From assembly GCA_963668675.2 (NCBI GenBank), contig CAXXMB010000002.1, positions 864,001 to 928,000 of the forward strand: a stretch of 64,000 nt of DNA, read 5' to 3'. Shown here one piece after another: positions 50,457 through 60,241 of this stretch; within the stretch, counting starts at the first letter, position 1, and every line of letters begins with the position of its first letter. Origin of the DNA: an uncultured Desulfatitalea sp. (GTDB lineage: Bacteria > Desulfobacterota > Desulfobacteria > Desulfobacterales > Desulfosarcinaceae). The position numbers and the translations under genes are program-made. The notes below the pieces were generated by a model. It had not been told where the DNA came from. It was given only the letters and a program-made list of their open reading frames with translations, and made no database searches.

Positions 50457-50562
50457 TGTAAAATGGTTGTGTTGGTCAGCAGTAAAATCATTCGCTGAAG
50501 GCGTGGAGCCCCTGCTCTCTGACCACCTCACCTCCATAGGTAGGTTGAATTGAGGAGCGATC

Positions 50563-51609
50563 TTACCCCGCTGCTTTTCGCAGCAGCCACTCAGCGCCGT
50601 ATTTAAAATTTACTTTTCTCCAAAGCATAGCCGCCCCGGTGAAAAAGATCAGGATCGCGAAAGTGCCGACGATGGTTTTGGTGAATGGGAGACAGCGCCA
50701 GAACTGAAAATAGATTGCCGATTCGCGGACCACCGCAACATGAACGATGAGAATGGTCAGTGATGCGCGTCCGAGAGACACCAGGATATTGGAGGGACGC
50801 AGGGAGATGCTTCTGGCCAGGGTGACGAAACCGTAGATCAGCAGCAGTGCCGTGGCGAGCAAAAAGAGGGTGATGGGTGTCAGGGCGGGATAGAACGAGG
50901 GGAACCATTTGAAGAAGCGGATCCAGGTGATCGTCCGGATCGCCTGCCACCCGGTGGCGTGTATCCCAACTAAAACGGCCATAACCATCAGCAGTCCGGC
51001 TCCCAGTTGCCATAATCGCTCGGAGTGTCCGGCCAGCAGCCATCGTCCGGCCAGCATGCCGGCCATGAAGAAGGCGATCCATGGGAAGATGGGGAAAAAG
51101 CCTTCGGCCAACGCAAACCGAAAAATCCCTCCCGGCTTGGTTGGGACTGCCATGTGGCGGTTGTAGAGTTTGGGGGGGGTCTCCAATCCGATCTGGATCA
51201 GGATGGTGACGACGATCACCGCCAGCATGGCGACCAGCAGTACCGGATTGGTCGCCCGCCTCAAAAGGGGCGTCATCACCAGGGCGGTTCCAATCATGTG
51301 AAGCACATACCAAGATTGGGGGGAGAACCAGTGGGGCGTCAAAACATTGAGCAGAAATCCGAATGCGATCACCATGATCCCCCTGATCAAAAAAAGCCGG
51401 TCGCAGTTCGGGTGGCGCGTAGCGGTCAGGGTGGCCCCCACACCGGCCAGGGTCACGAAGATAGGCGCCGCCAGTCCGCCCATGGCGCCGGTGATCCGAA
51501 CGATCCAATTGCCGCTCGGCAGGCCGCAGAGCCAATAGGTCACGTGCTGGGTGATCATCAGCAAAACCGCAAGGCCTCTTAGGGCATCAATGTTCAACCA
51601 TCGATTCAT
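50563..51609 (-). CDS. DUF1624 / HGSNAT-like membrane acyltransferase
   Basis: IDALRGLAVLLMI..H, AAPIFVTLAG, FPIFPW. Confidence 0.8.
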   Translation of the reverse strand: MNRWLNIDALRGLAVLLMITQHVTYWLCGLPSGNWIVRITGAMGGLAAPIFVTLAGVGATLTATRHPNCDRLFLIRGIMVIAFGFLLNVLTPHWFSPQSWYVLHMIGTALVMTPLLRRATNPVLLVAMLAVIVVTILIQIGLETPPKLYNRHMAVPTKPGGIFRFALAEGFFPIFPWIAFFMAGMLAGRWLLAGHSERLWQLGAGLLMVMAVLVGIHATGWQAIRTITWIRFFKWFPSFYPALTPITLFLLATALLLIYGFVTLARSISLRPSNILVSLGRASLTILIVHVAVVRESAIYFQFWRCLPFTKTIVGTFAILIFFTGAAMLWRKVNFKYGAEWLLRKAAG

Positions 51610-51679
51610 CGCACCCGCCTTATACGTGCAGTAGGGGCTGAGTATCAAGTTCTAAAAATCCTGGGCCGAACCCTGTTTT

Positions 51680-53161
51680 TCATCTGATTCGCAGGATCGG
51701 CACTCCAATACAGCCGATATCGATAATGAAGTGACAGATGATGGCGGGAACGATGCTGCGGTTCCGGTTGGCGACGAACTGCATGACCAACCCGTAGATC
51801 AACGAGAAGGTCCCCAGCACGGCGCCGGCGATCATGTAGTGGATAAGCGAGTAGATCAGGGCCTGCACCACGTAGGCGACCCATCTGGGGTACTCGGCCC
51901 GGCGGATCAGGCGATAGAGCGCCAGGCGGTACATCACCTCCTCCGAGACGGCATTGAGCAGGCTCAGGACAAGAATGGGCGGCCAGAACTCGAAACCACG
52001 CATCCGGGGCGGCCTGCGGAATACGAGAAGATCGACCGCATAGTAGATGCTGACGGCCAGCCCGAGCAGAAAGGCCCAGGAGAATCGATCCCATTTGAAA
52101 TGGGGCCGGATCGGCACATCGGAGCGCTTGAGCCAATAGAGCGAAAAGATCGGTACGATCATCATCGGCAGATAATAGAGAATGCGCATATAGGCTTCAG
52201 GGAGCGAGACTACCGGTTGAAAGGGCCACTGCCAGATTCTGACGTTCCGGGTAAGATGGTAGACGGCAAAAATGAATAGCATGTAGGAGACCAGAAACAG
52301 GGCCACGGAGAAGAGGCGCTTGCCCCCCTCGATAGTCTTTCGGGCGTCCTCGCTGTATGGGACAGATGAAAACGCTCCCCGGCGATAGCGGTACCAGATG
52401 AAGAGAAAGATCGCCATGGAGAAGAGGAGATAGATCCCCATGGCGTACTGAGCCTGGGTAAGGCCGAAAAAAATGCGGTGTTCGCTGCGAAAGACCTCGT
52501 AGATGATCCGAATTGCCGGATAGATCATGAAGTAGGAGGCCAATATCACACCCCGGTATCGCTCGCGGGTCTGCTGATCGGCATAGACAAGACCATAGAG
52601 CCGGCGCAAAAAGAGGAAAAGGCATATATTGGTGATGATGGCATAGAGCGGCACCGGATTTTGAAAGTGCATCTTCAGGCCGTAGAGGTTGATGCGGCAG
52701 ACCCGGCCCCAGCAGCAGCCTGCGATCAGACACCCCAAACGACCGAAAGCGTGGGCAAACGGCATGTAGAGAAATATGGCATCAAAGGTCTCCAGAAACT
52801 TCAGCCGCATCAGGTGGCAAAGCAGGGTGCCGATAAGCACAGGCAGAATCAAACTCGCGTGGTAGGTGTGCGACGTGCCGCAAAAGATGTTTTCGAAAAA
52901 AAAGCCGACACTCCACTGGTCGAAGGGCTTGTAAAACATGTTGGCCGCCCGCGACCCAAAATAGCCAGCAGGCAGAAAGACCACGATGGCAAGCAGGACG
53001 AACAGGCGCACACGCCGCTCCGGATAGTCCAGCGCCACCAGACGTTTGCCCACCAGGATCATGAAGACGACCATCACGGCCACAATGGTGGCGTAATAGT
53101 AGATCTCCCCGAGCATTTTAAGAAAGGGGTGCTCCTGGGCCCAGTGGAAATAGCGGATCAT
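51680..53161 (-). CDS. Lgt-like diacylglyceryl transferase domain fused to a CPBP (Abi/CAAX) intramembrane protease
   Basis: GSR, D...HAFGRLGCLIAGCCWG, R..YEVFR, GLTQAQ; then EEVMYR, YSLIH, PAIICHFIID. Confidence 0.8.
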   Translation of the reverse strand: MIRYFHWAQEHPFLKMLGEIYYYATIVAVMVVFMILVGKRLVALDYPERRVRLFVLLAIVVFLPAGYFGSRAANMFYKPFDQWSVGFFFENIFCGTSHTYHASLILPVLIGTLLCHLMRLKFLETFDAIFLYMPFAHAFGRLGCLIAGCCWGRVCRINLYGLKMHFQNPVPLYAIITNICLFLFLRRLYGLVYADQQTRERYRGVILASYFMIYPAIRIIYEVFRSEHRIFFGLTQAQYAMGIYLLFSMAIFLFIWYRYRRGAFSSVPYSEDARKTIEGGKRLFSVALFLVSYMLFIFAVYHLTRNVRIWQWPFQPVVSLPEAYMRILYYLPMMIVPIFSLYWLKRSDVPIRPHFKWDRFSWAFLLGLAVSIYYAVDLLVFRRPPRMRGFEFWPPILVLSLLNAVSEEVMYRLALYRLIRRAEYPRWVAYVVQALIYSLIHYMIAGAVLGTFSLIYGLVMQFVANRNRSIVPAIICHFIIDIGCIGVPILRIR

Positions 53162-53268
53162 GAAGTGCCTTGCAGATACGGTATCATCAAATCACAGCTC
53201 GCGCTTCGGGCCTTCCTTGGATAAGCGTCGAAAGTACGTTCGGCAGACGCACCCGAAAGTTCAATAGT

Positions 53269-53302
53269 AAAAAAGCCCTTCCTGAAAGAAAGGGCTTTTT
53301 TT
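53269..53302. terminator. Intrinsic terminator (bidirectional) upstream of the Lgt-CPBP gene
   Basis: AAAAAAGCCCTT...AAGGGCTTTTTTT. Confidence 0.85.
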
Positions 53303-53320
53303 AAGGGATGGCATTTTAGT

Positions 53321-53560
53321 AGATCCGGTTCGGAGCAGGGGTTGAAAACCGGCGGTTCCAGACTTTTTTGGCGCAGACCCAATCCGCTTGAACCAACGTC
53401 CCATTGAAACAAGCAACAGCACCTATCCCCTTATAACCCTTGAAAAGCCCCTGCTGAAACCGCCGGTATTCAAACCAACCTGTTCTCCTATTAACGGGCT
53501 TCCTCTCACACTCCTTCTCGCAAAAAGGGCTTTTCGTCGAGTTGCCGCCATGGCAACTTC
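53321..53560. ncRNA. Candidate structured non-coding RNA
   Basis: Stem 53340-53361/53454-53476 plus crossing pairing 53334-53341/53448-53455; ends at a terminator on the minus strand. Confidence 0.4.
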
Positions 53561-53700
53561 GGGTTCTGAATGTGGACTCTACTCTCTCTCCCGTCATCGG
53601 GCAATTAGGGAAACTCCTAAAAACGGAGAGGGAATCCCTAATTTTCCATTTCACATTTAGGGAAAATGCCCTGCACCTTCATGGACAGGGCATATGACCG

Positions 53701-54528
53701 CTAATCACACCCGCCGCCGCCGGCCAGCTCCAGAGGTGGTGCGTCCAGGCGCACATCGGTCATATCGGAGCCTGGATTTTCGATGGTAGAGCCGTACGAT
53801 GTGTCTCCCTCACCGAAATATTTGAGCCAGGCGATGATGTAATCATCGGCGGTGCCGGGGTTGGAGTTGCTGCCCCAGAACATATGCCCCTCGCCCGCCA
53901 TCGAGGCGTAGCCCCTTGCGTCCAGGAAGTCCAAATCGTTATAAGCGCCTTCACCCATGTAGGGCGGGGCGATCAGATCGGCGGTGCCGGTCAGGATCAG
54001 CGTCGCCGCCGTATGCCCATAGCCGGGATTGGGGCTCCAGGGGGCCAGGGCGATGCAGGTTTCGATCTCGTTGCCCAGGTCTGTGCCGGCGTTCAGCGAG
54101 CCACCGCCGCCCTTGGACCAACCCATCGTACCATAGGAACCGATCTTGCCGTAAAGCGGGCTGCCGCTGTCGCCATTTTCATCTTGCAAAATGGCAACGC
54201 CGCTCTTGTGGGCCCGCTCGTATCCGGCAACCGTGGAGTTGTCGTAGGCACTGACCGCAATGGCTACCATTCCGGCTTCTGCAATCGACTCCGTTATCCA
54301 GTACATGTTCTCTTTGGATCCGGTGTAGCCGCTGGTCGCGGTGGTCGAATGAACGCTGCTCAACGTGTCGATATTGCACGGATAGAAAACGCGGGCGCTT
54401 CCAATGAGGTGTGAGGTTTCATAGGAGCTGATATCATAGGTGCATACGCCCTCCTCTTCACAGGCAATCAACGCAACCGTACATACGGCCGCAAGCAATA
54501 AGACCAACACTCTTTTCATTGTCTTCAT
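53701..54528 (-). CDS. Cutinase/PETase-like alpha/beta hydrolase, predicted lipoprotein
   Basis: SGYTG, GWSKGGGG, LAPW, TGTADLIAP, GEGH; LIAC lipobox. Confidence 0.8.
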   Translation of the reverse strand: MKTMKRVLVLLLAAVCTVALIACEEEGVCTYDISSYETSHLIGSARVFYPCNIDTLSSVHSTTATSGYTGSKENMYWITESIAEAGMVAIAVSAYDNSTVAGYERAHKSGVAILQDENGDSGSPLYGKIGSYGTMGWSKGGGGSLNAGTDLGNEIETCIALAPWSPNPGYGHTAATLILTGTADLIAPPYMGEGAYNDLDFLDARGYASMAGEGHMFWGSNSNPGTADDYIIAWLKYFGEGDTSYGSTIENPGSDMTDVRLDAPPLELAGGGGCD

Positions 54529-54986
54529 CTTCTCCTCCCAGATTTGTGGTTAGCGATAGTGGATGGATATCCGATTCTGAAAACCGTAACGGCAGTCTCC
54601 GACACGGTCTCCCCAAGCGCACCATTTGATGGTTTTCCGAACAGCACCAAGCTGCCTGCAATTCCGGCAACACCTGTTTTTTGCGAAATGCCGGTGAAGT
54701 AACAAATTGGAAATTCGATCGGGAGATGAAACAGTTTCGCGATTCGTCCCCTCCATATAGTATGGCTCTGAAGGTCTGACAATCGGGGATTCCCTGTAAA
54801 TGCTTCTCCTAAATCCTATTTCAGAGCTATCCATATGGCGAAACCGCTCGCAAATGCTTACCATACGGCCCTGTTTCACAGAGATGGCGTTGCGATCCAC
54901 TGAGTTTGTGAATAAGGGGACGGGTTTAAGAATTAGGACATAAAGCGGAAAGGAGAGGGAGGAATGTTCTCAGAGGCGATGCTTTT

Positions 54987-55230
54987 TCAGGATGTTGCTG
55001 AGGGGTCGGCTTTTGCAGGGTCTGGAATCTTGCCGGTGGTGAGCAACGCACGCGTTACCGTACAGGCCTGTTCGATGGCCGGGGAGCGGCCGCTGATGAT
55101 GTCGCTGAAAATGATCGATTCGTTGGTTCGAATGAGCACCTCGGCAAGCTTATCGGCCGATCCCGAAATATGCAGATGCCCCCTGTCGGACTGGTCCTGA
55201 ATATGGTCGGCGGCAACCTTGATCAGGCAA
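54987..55230 (-). pseudogene. C-terminal remnant of a third TetR paralog
   Basis: KLAEVLIRTNESIIFSDIISGRSPAIEQAC matches the paralog tails; no HTH or start codon. Confidence 0.75.
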
Positions 55231-55245
55231 TCGTGGGATCCGGCT

Positions 55246-55917
55246 TCATTTGCTCTCAGGGGAGGTAGTCTGCTCCTCGACGGCTTCACTCGAGGAGAGC
55301 AGCAGGCGAACGATGGTGCAGGCCTTGTCAATGGCGGGGGAGCGCCCACTGATGACGTCGCTGTACAAAATACCCTGATTGGCAAGGATAAAGATCTCAG
55401 CCAATTTTTCCGGGGGTGAATGAAGCTGGATATGCCCTGCAGCCGCCTGTTCACGCAGGTGCTCAGCGGCAAGCGTTACGGTGCGTTTGCTCACCCCGCT
55501 GGAGAAGTTGGTCAGGATGCGAAAGGCGTAGCTCGGATCATCTTTGATGAACTGCTGCATAGGGGGAAATGATAGAATCGAGCTCATGAAATTGCGATGC
55601 ACATTTACGATATGGTCGATCCCGTTTCCCGGTGTCTCACGCACGGCCCGCTCCCAAGTCGGCCGGGTCAAAGACCAGAAGAGCTCATCCATCAGGAGAT
55701 CTTTCTTTCCGACCCAGCGATACAGTGTACCGCGACTGACTCCGATCTCCTTAGCCAACTTGCCGAAGCTGATCTTCTTGCCCTCCAGCCATCGCCGTCG
55801 GGCCAACTTGAACACTTCCAGGGGTGTGGCTTGGGGGCGTTTGGTGTTGGCCAGCGCCATGGCAAGGGGCGTTTTGTTCGTCTTGTCTGCTTTATTCACA
55901 GTCGCTTCAATTTCCAA
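55246..55917 (-). CDS. TetR-family (QsdR-like) regulator
   Basis: LAKEIGVSRGTLYRWVGKKD. Confidence 0.9.
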   Translation of the reverse strand: MEIEATVNKADKTNKTPLAMALANTKRPQATPLEVFKLARRRWLEGKKISFGKLAKEIGVSRGTLYRWVGKKDLLMDELFWSLTRPTWERAVRETPGNGIDHIVNVHRNFMSSILSFPPMQQFIKDDPSYAFRILTNFSSGVSKRTVTLAAEHLREQAAAGHIQLHSPPEKLAEIFILANQGILYSDVISGRSPAIDKACTIVRLLLSSSEAVEEQTTSPESK

Positions 55918-56000
55918 TCGGGTGTAAGGGGTTCACTAATTACTGACCAGATGAAATCATATTCAGGGGGTCTCTGGCAAACACACGCTTCTTGAAGATG

Positions 56001-56651
56001 CTAATTCTCCTTTATTGAAGTTGCCTTGTGCTCTATGGTCACGCTCGAAGTGAGCAGCAGGCGGATCAGTTCGCACGCCTTGTCAATGGCAGGCGACCGA
56101 CCGCTGATGACATCGCTGTATATGATCCCCTGGTTGGCCAGGATGAAAATCTCAGCAAGCTTCTCCGGAGGCGAATGGAAACGCAGGTGCCCCATGGCCT
56201 GTTGCGCCCGCAGATGGTTGGCTGTGGCTTCGATCACTCTCGCACTGACGCCGCTGGATGGGTTGGTCATCAGCCGCAGGGCGTAACTGGGCTCCTCTTT
56301 GATAAATCGTTGGGTCGATGTAAACGACAGAATCGATTTCATGAACTGCCGATGCACCCCGATGATATGATCGATACCATGACCAGGTGTCTCTTTGATG
56401 GCCTGGGCGAATGCAGGTTCGGTGATCGCCCAGAAGACCTCATCCATCAGCAGGTCTTTGCTGCCCACCCAGCGGTAGAGGGTGCCGCGGCTGATTCCCA
56501 CCTCACTGGCCAGATCGCCGATGCTGATTCGCTTGCCCTGGCACCATCTTTTTTTCGCAATTTTAAACACTTCGAGAGGTGTTGCCTGGGGACGATCGGC
56601 ATTGGCGAGCGCCATGGCGAGCGGTGTTCTATTTATGGAAGCTTGTTTCAA
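56001..56651 (-). CDS. TetR-family (QsdR-like) regulator, paralog
   Basis: LASEVGISRGTLYRWVGSKD. Confidence 0.9.
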   Translation of the reverse strand: MKQASINRTPLAMALANADRPQATPLEVFKIAKKRWCQGKRISIGDLASEVGISRGTLYRWVGSKDLLMDEVFWAITEPAFAQAIKETPGHGIDHIIGVHRQFMKSILSFTSTQRFIKEEPSYALRLMTNPSSGVSARVIEATANHLRAQQAMGHLRFHSPPEKLAEIFILANQGIIYSDVISGRSPAIDKACELIRLLLTSSVTIEHKATSIKEN

Positions 56652-56907
56652 AGTTTTTGTGATACCCGTCGATTTTTAACTGAATTTTTGAATCGAGTAT
56701 GACAATAAGCCTGCTTTGTGTCAATGATCAAGTCAACACAGGACCCCTTGCCAACACCCCGGACTTTGATGATTTCATACACTGTACGACAAGCATGAAC
56801 ATGAGGGAGTATATTTTCCCTTGTTTTCAGGTGTGAGCGAGGATAAAATTGCAGGGTTGGCGTTTATTGTGAGCGTAAACCGCTCGAACCGTACGAGAGG
56901 AGCAGCA

Positions 56908-58842
56908 ATGTCGTACTTGATTCAAGGGAAGAAAGGCGAGCAGCGTCTGTATATGGGCAATGAGGCCATTGCGCGCGGTGCTCTGGAAGCAGGTATTTCG
57001 GTGGCGGCCGGTTATCCGGGCACGCCTTCGTCTGAAATCATCGAAAACCTGGCCAAAGTATCCAAAGAGCGCAACCTCTATGTGGAGTGGTCGGTCAATG
57101 AAAAGGTGGCCCTGGAGGTGGCGGCGGCAGCCTCATTTGCAGGACTGAGGGCGTTGTGCGTGATGAAACAGAACGGTGTAAATGTCGCCTCCGACTTTCT
57201 GCTCCATCTGGCCGGCTCGGGTACCCGCGGCGGTCTCGTCCTGGTCCCGTGCGACGATCCGGGCGCCCTCTCCAGCGTCAACGAAGGGGAATCACGCCAC
57301 TTTGCGCGAATGGTGGAGATTCCGCTGCTCGAACCGGGCACCTTCCAGGAGGCCAAGGAGATGATCGCATATGCCTTCTCGCTCTCCGAAGAGCTGCGCA
57401 CCCTGGTGATGGTGCGCAGCGTCACGCGCCTCTCCCACGCCAGCGGAGATGTGACATTGGACCAACTGCCTCCCACCGACGCCAAAGCCTATTTCAAGCA
57501 CGACGGCTTCATCCTGGATCAGATGGAGGGTGCGGTGATCAGCTCCCCGGTGGAGTTCAAACATGAACTGCAGCAGGAGCGCGTTCAGAAGGCCGCCGAA
57601 CTGTTCGAGGAGAGCCCGTTCAACACCTACAACGGGCCGAGCGACCCCGACGTTTTATTGATCACCAGCAGCGCGTGCAACCTATATAGCAAAGAGGCGG
57701 TGCGGATACTCGATGCCGAGTCGCGGGTCGGCATTCTCAAAATGGGCACCACCTGGCCGCTGCCGCCGCGATTCGTGGAGCGCCACCTGCGCATGGCCGA
57801 CAAGATATTGATCGTGGAGGAGGTGCTGCCGTTCCTCGAAGAGAGCGTCAAGATACTGGCCGCTGAACTGGGCCATTCCATCGGCACCAAAACGTTCTAC
57901 GGCAAACGCGATGGCACCATCCCGTCCACCGGCGAAATGAACCCCGATCGGGTCATCGACGGCCTGGCCAGGGTGCTTGGCATCGACTACAGCGCCATGT
58001 CGGAAAGCTATGCCAAGAAGGCTCAGGAATCGGCCTTTTCCGGCGCTCCCGAGCGCGACCTCACCTTCTGCCCCGGGTGCCCCCACCGCGCTTCGTTCTG
58101 GTCGATCCACAACGCCCTGCAGATGGATCACCGCCAAGGCTTTGTCTGCGGCGATATCGGTTGCTACTCTCTGGCCATGCGCCCCACGGGTTATGAAAGC
58201 CTGAAAACCCTGCACGCCATGGGATCGGGAACCGGGGTGGCCAGCGGCTTTGGCATGCTGAAGCAGTTCGGCCTCGACCAACCGGTAATGGCTGTCAGCG
58301 GTGATTCCACCTTTTTCCACGCCGTCATGCCGGCCCTGGCCAATGCCGCCCACCACCGATCCAACATCACGGTGGTGGTTTTAGACAACAGCGGTACCGC
58401 CATGACCGGTTTTCAGCCCCATCCGGGCCTCACGGTGGATGCGGCCGGCAACGCCGTGCAAGCCCTTGATATCAAGGGCATCTGCGAAGCCATGGGCGCC
58501 GAGGTACACCAATGCGATCCGTTCGACCTGGAGACCACCCAGTCGACGATTCTGGAGCTGATGTCCTCGGGAGAGGGGCTCAAAGTGCTCATTCTCAAAC
58601 AGATCTGCGCCCTGAGCCCCGAGAAGAAGGGCAAGCGGATGTTCAACATGAGCATCGACGAAACGCTCTGCCGCGGCGAGAACTGCGGATGCAATCGACT
58701 CTGCACCCGGGTCTTCAAATGTCCCGGTTTGATGTGGGACCAGGCGGCGGGGGTCTCCCGCATCGACGATGTCATCTGCGCAGGCTGCGGCGTGTGCGCA
58801 TCCATCTGCCCTGCTGGGGCCATCCGAAAGGAAGCGGTGTAA
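56908..58842 (+). CDS. iorA: Indolepyruvate:ferredoxin oxidoreductase alpha subunit
   Basis: MGNEAIARGA, GYPGTPSSEI, FCPGCPHR, GDIGCY, GDSTF..N, C-terminal ferredoxin. Confidence 0.92.
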   Translation: MSYLIQGKKGEQRLYMGNEAIARGALEAGISVAAGYPGTPSSEIIENLAKVSKERNLYVEWSVNEKVALEVAAAASFAGLRALCVMKQNGVNVASDFLLHLAGSGTRGGLVLVPCDDPGALSSVNEGESRHFARMVEIPLLEPGTFQEAKEMIAYAFSLSEELRTLVMVRSVTRLSHASGDVTLDQLPPTDAKAYFKHDGFILDQMEGAVISSPVEFKHELQQERVQKAAELFEESPFNTYNGPSDPDVLLITSSACNLYSKEAVRILDAESRVGILKMGTTWPLPPRFVERHLRMADKILIVEEVLPFLEESVKILAAELGHSIGTKTFYGKRDGTIPSTGEMNPDRVIDGLARVLGIDYSAMSESYAKKAQESAFSGAPERDLTFCPGCPHRASFWSIHNALQMDHRQGFVCGDIGCYSLAMRPTGYESLKTLHAMGSGTGVASGFGMLKQFGLDQPVMAVSGDSTFFHAVMPALANAAHHRSNITVVVLDNSGTAMTGFQPHPGLTVDAAGNAVQALDIKGICEAMGAEVHQCDPFDLETTQSTILELMSSGEGLKVLILKQICALSPEKKGKRMFNMSIDETLCRGENCGCNRLCTRVFKCPGLMWDQAAGVSRIDDVICAGCGVCASICPAGAIRKEAV

Positions 58843-58844
58843 CC

Positions 58845-59471
58845 ATGGAAAAATCCACTGCGGCCCTGGCGGCCGATCCTTACAACATGATCATCACGGG
58901 CGTGGGTGGCCAGGGCAATGTGCTGGCCTCCAGACTGCTGGGCAACATGCTCATGGCCCAGGGCCTTCACATCACCATTGGTGAAACCTTCGGGGCCTCC
59001 CAGCGCGGCGGCTCGGTGATGAGCCACCTGCGGGTGTCGACCCAGACCGACCTCTCTCCCCAGATCCCCAAGGGGCAGGCCCATCTGGTCATCTCCCTGG
59101 AGCCGACCGAAGCGCTGCGCGTATTGAAAGACTACGGCAACGAGCAGGCGCAGGTGCTGTGCAACGTGCGGCCCATCCACGCCATCGCCGTCATCAGCGG
59201 TGAAGCCAAATATCCCGAAATCGATCAACTGGAAGAGTGGATTGAGGCGCTCTCCAGCAAAGCGTGGTTCCTCAACGCCACCGAGGAGGCCATGGCTATG
59301 GGCAACCCCATCTTCAGCAACATCATCCTGGTGGGCGCCCTTGCGGCCACAGGCGTGCTCCCTCTGGACCGCACCATCTTCGAGGAGACCATCACCCGGA
59401 TGATCCCCAAGGAGAAAGTCGCCAAAAACCTGGAGGCCTTTGACAAGGGTAAGACCCTTATTCAGAATTGA
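58845..59471 (+). CDS. iorB: Indolepyruvate:ferredoxin oxidoreductase beta subunit
   Basis: GVGGQGNVLAS, ETFGASQRGGSVMSHLR. Confidence 0.92.
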   Translation: MEKSTAALAADPYNMIITGVGGQGNVLASRLLGNMLMAQGLHITIGETFGASQRGGSVMSHLRVSTQTDLSPQIPKGQAHLVISLEPTEALRVLKDYGNEQAQVLCNVRPIHAIAVISGEAKYPEIDQLEEWIEALSSKAWFLNATEEAMAMGNPIFSNIILVGALAATGVLPLDRTIFEETITRMIPKEKVAKNLEAFDKGKTLIQN

Positions 59472-59491
59472 GACGATCGAAAAGGGAGCCA

Positions 59492-60241
59492 ATGAAAAAG
59501 ATCTCCATGTTCATCCCTTGCCTGGTCGATCTGGTGCTCCCCCACATCGGTGAGAACACCGCGACCCTTCTCGGGCATCTGGATTGCGAACCGATCTATC
59601 ATCCGGAACAGACCTGCTGCGGCCTGATGTCATTCAACAGCGGCTACCGCGATGAAGCCAGACGGCTGGCACGGCACTTTATCCGCGTGTTCGAAAACGA
59701 CGACCTGATTGTCAGTCCTTCGGGGTCGTGCGTCAACATGGTCAAAAACCGCTATAAAAATCTGTTCGACGAGGATCCCGGCTGGCGCAAACGCGCCGCC
59801 GAGCTCGCGCCCCGTGTCTATGAGTTGAGCCAGTTCATCGTTGACCATCTGGGGGTGGAGCAGCTGGGCGGCAGCTACCAGGCCAAAGTCGCCTACCACG
59901 AGTCGTGCAGCACCCTCAACGCCCTCGGTGTGTCGGCCCAACCCAAAGCGCTGATCCGGTCGGTTGAGGGGGCCGAGTTGGTGGAGCTTACCGGCGCCGA
60001 TATCTGCTGCGGCTTCGGCGGCACCTTCGCCAACTCCTTTCCGGAGATCTCCACCGCACTGGTGCGGCAGAAAACGGAGTACTTCCTCGAAAGCGGTGCA
60101 GACCTGCTGGTCATGTGCGACCCCGGCTGTCTGCTCAACATCAGGGGCTACCTGGATCGCCACCATCCGGACAAAAAGGCCGTCCATATTGCCGACTTCC
60201 TGGCCGACAGCCTCCGGGGAGAGGTGCGGGCAACCACATGA
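59492..60241 (+). CDS. lutA: LutA/LldE-like CCG FeS protein
   Basis: PCLVD, QTCCG, SPSGSC, YHESC, CCGFGGTF. Confidence 0.85.
   Translation: MKKISMFIPCLVDLVLPHIGENTATLLGHLDCEPIYHPEQTCCGLMSFNSGYRDEARRLARHFIRVFENDDLIVSPSGSCVNMVKNRYKNLFDEDPGWRKRAAELAPRVYELSQFIVDHLGVEQLGGSYQAKVAYHESCSTLNALGVSAQPKALIRSVEGAELVELTGADICCGFGGTFANSFPEISTALVRQKTEYFLESGADLLVMCDPGCLLNIRGYLDRHHPDKKAVHIADFLADSLRGEVRATT

Noticed and set aside
53158..53660. Short ORFs in the intergenic region
   Set aside because: Poor RBS and codon usage; similar peptides on both strands merely reflect the inverted repeat.
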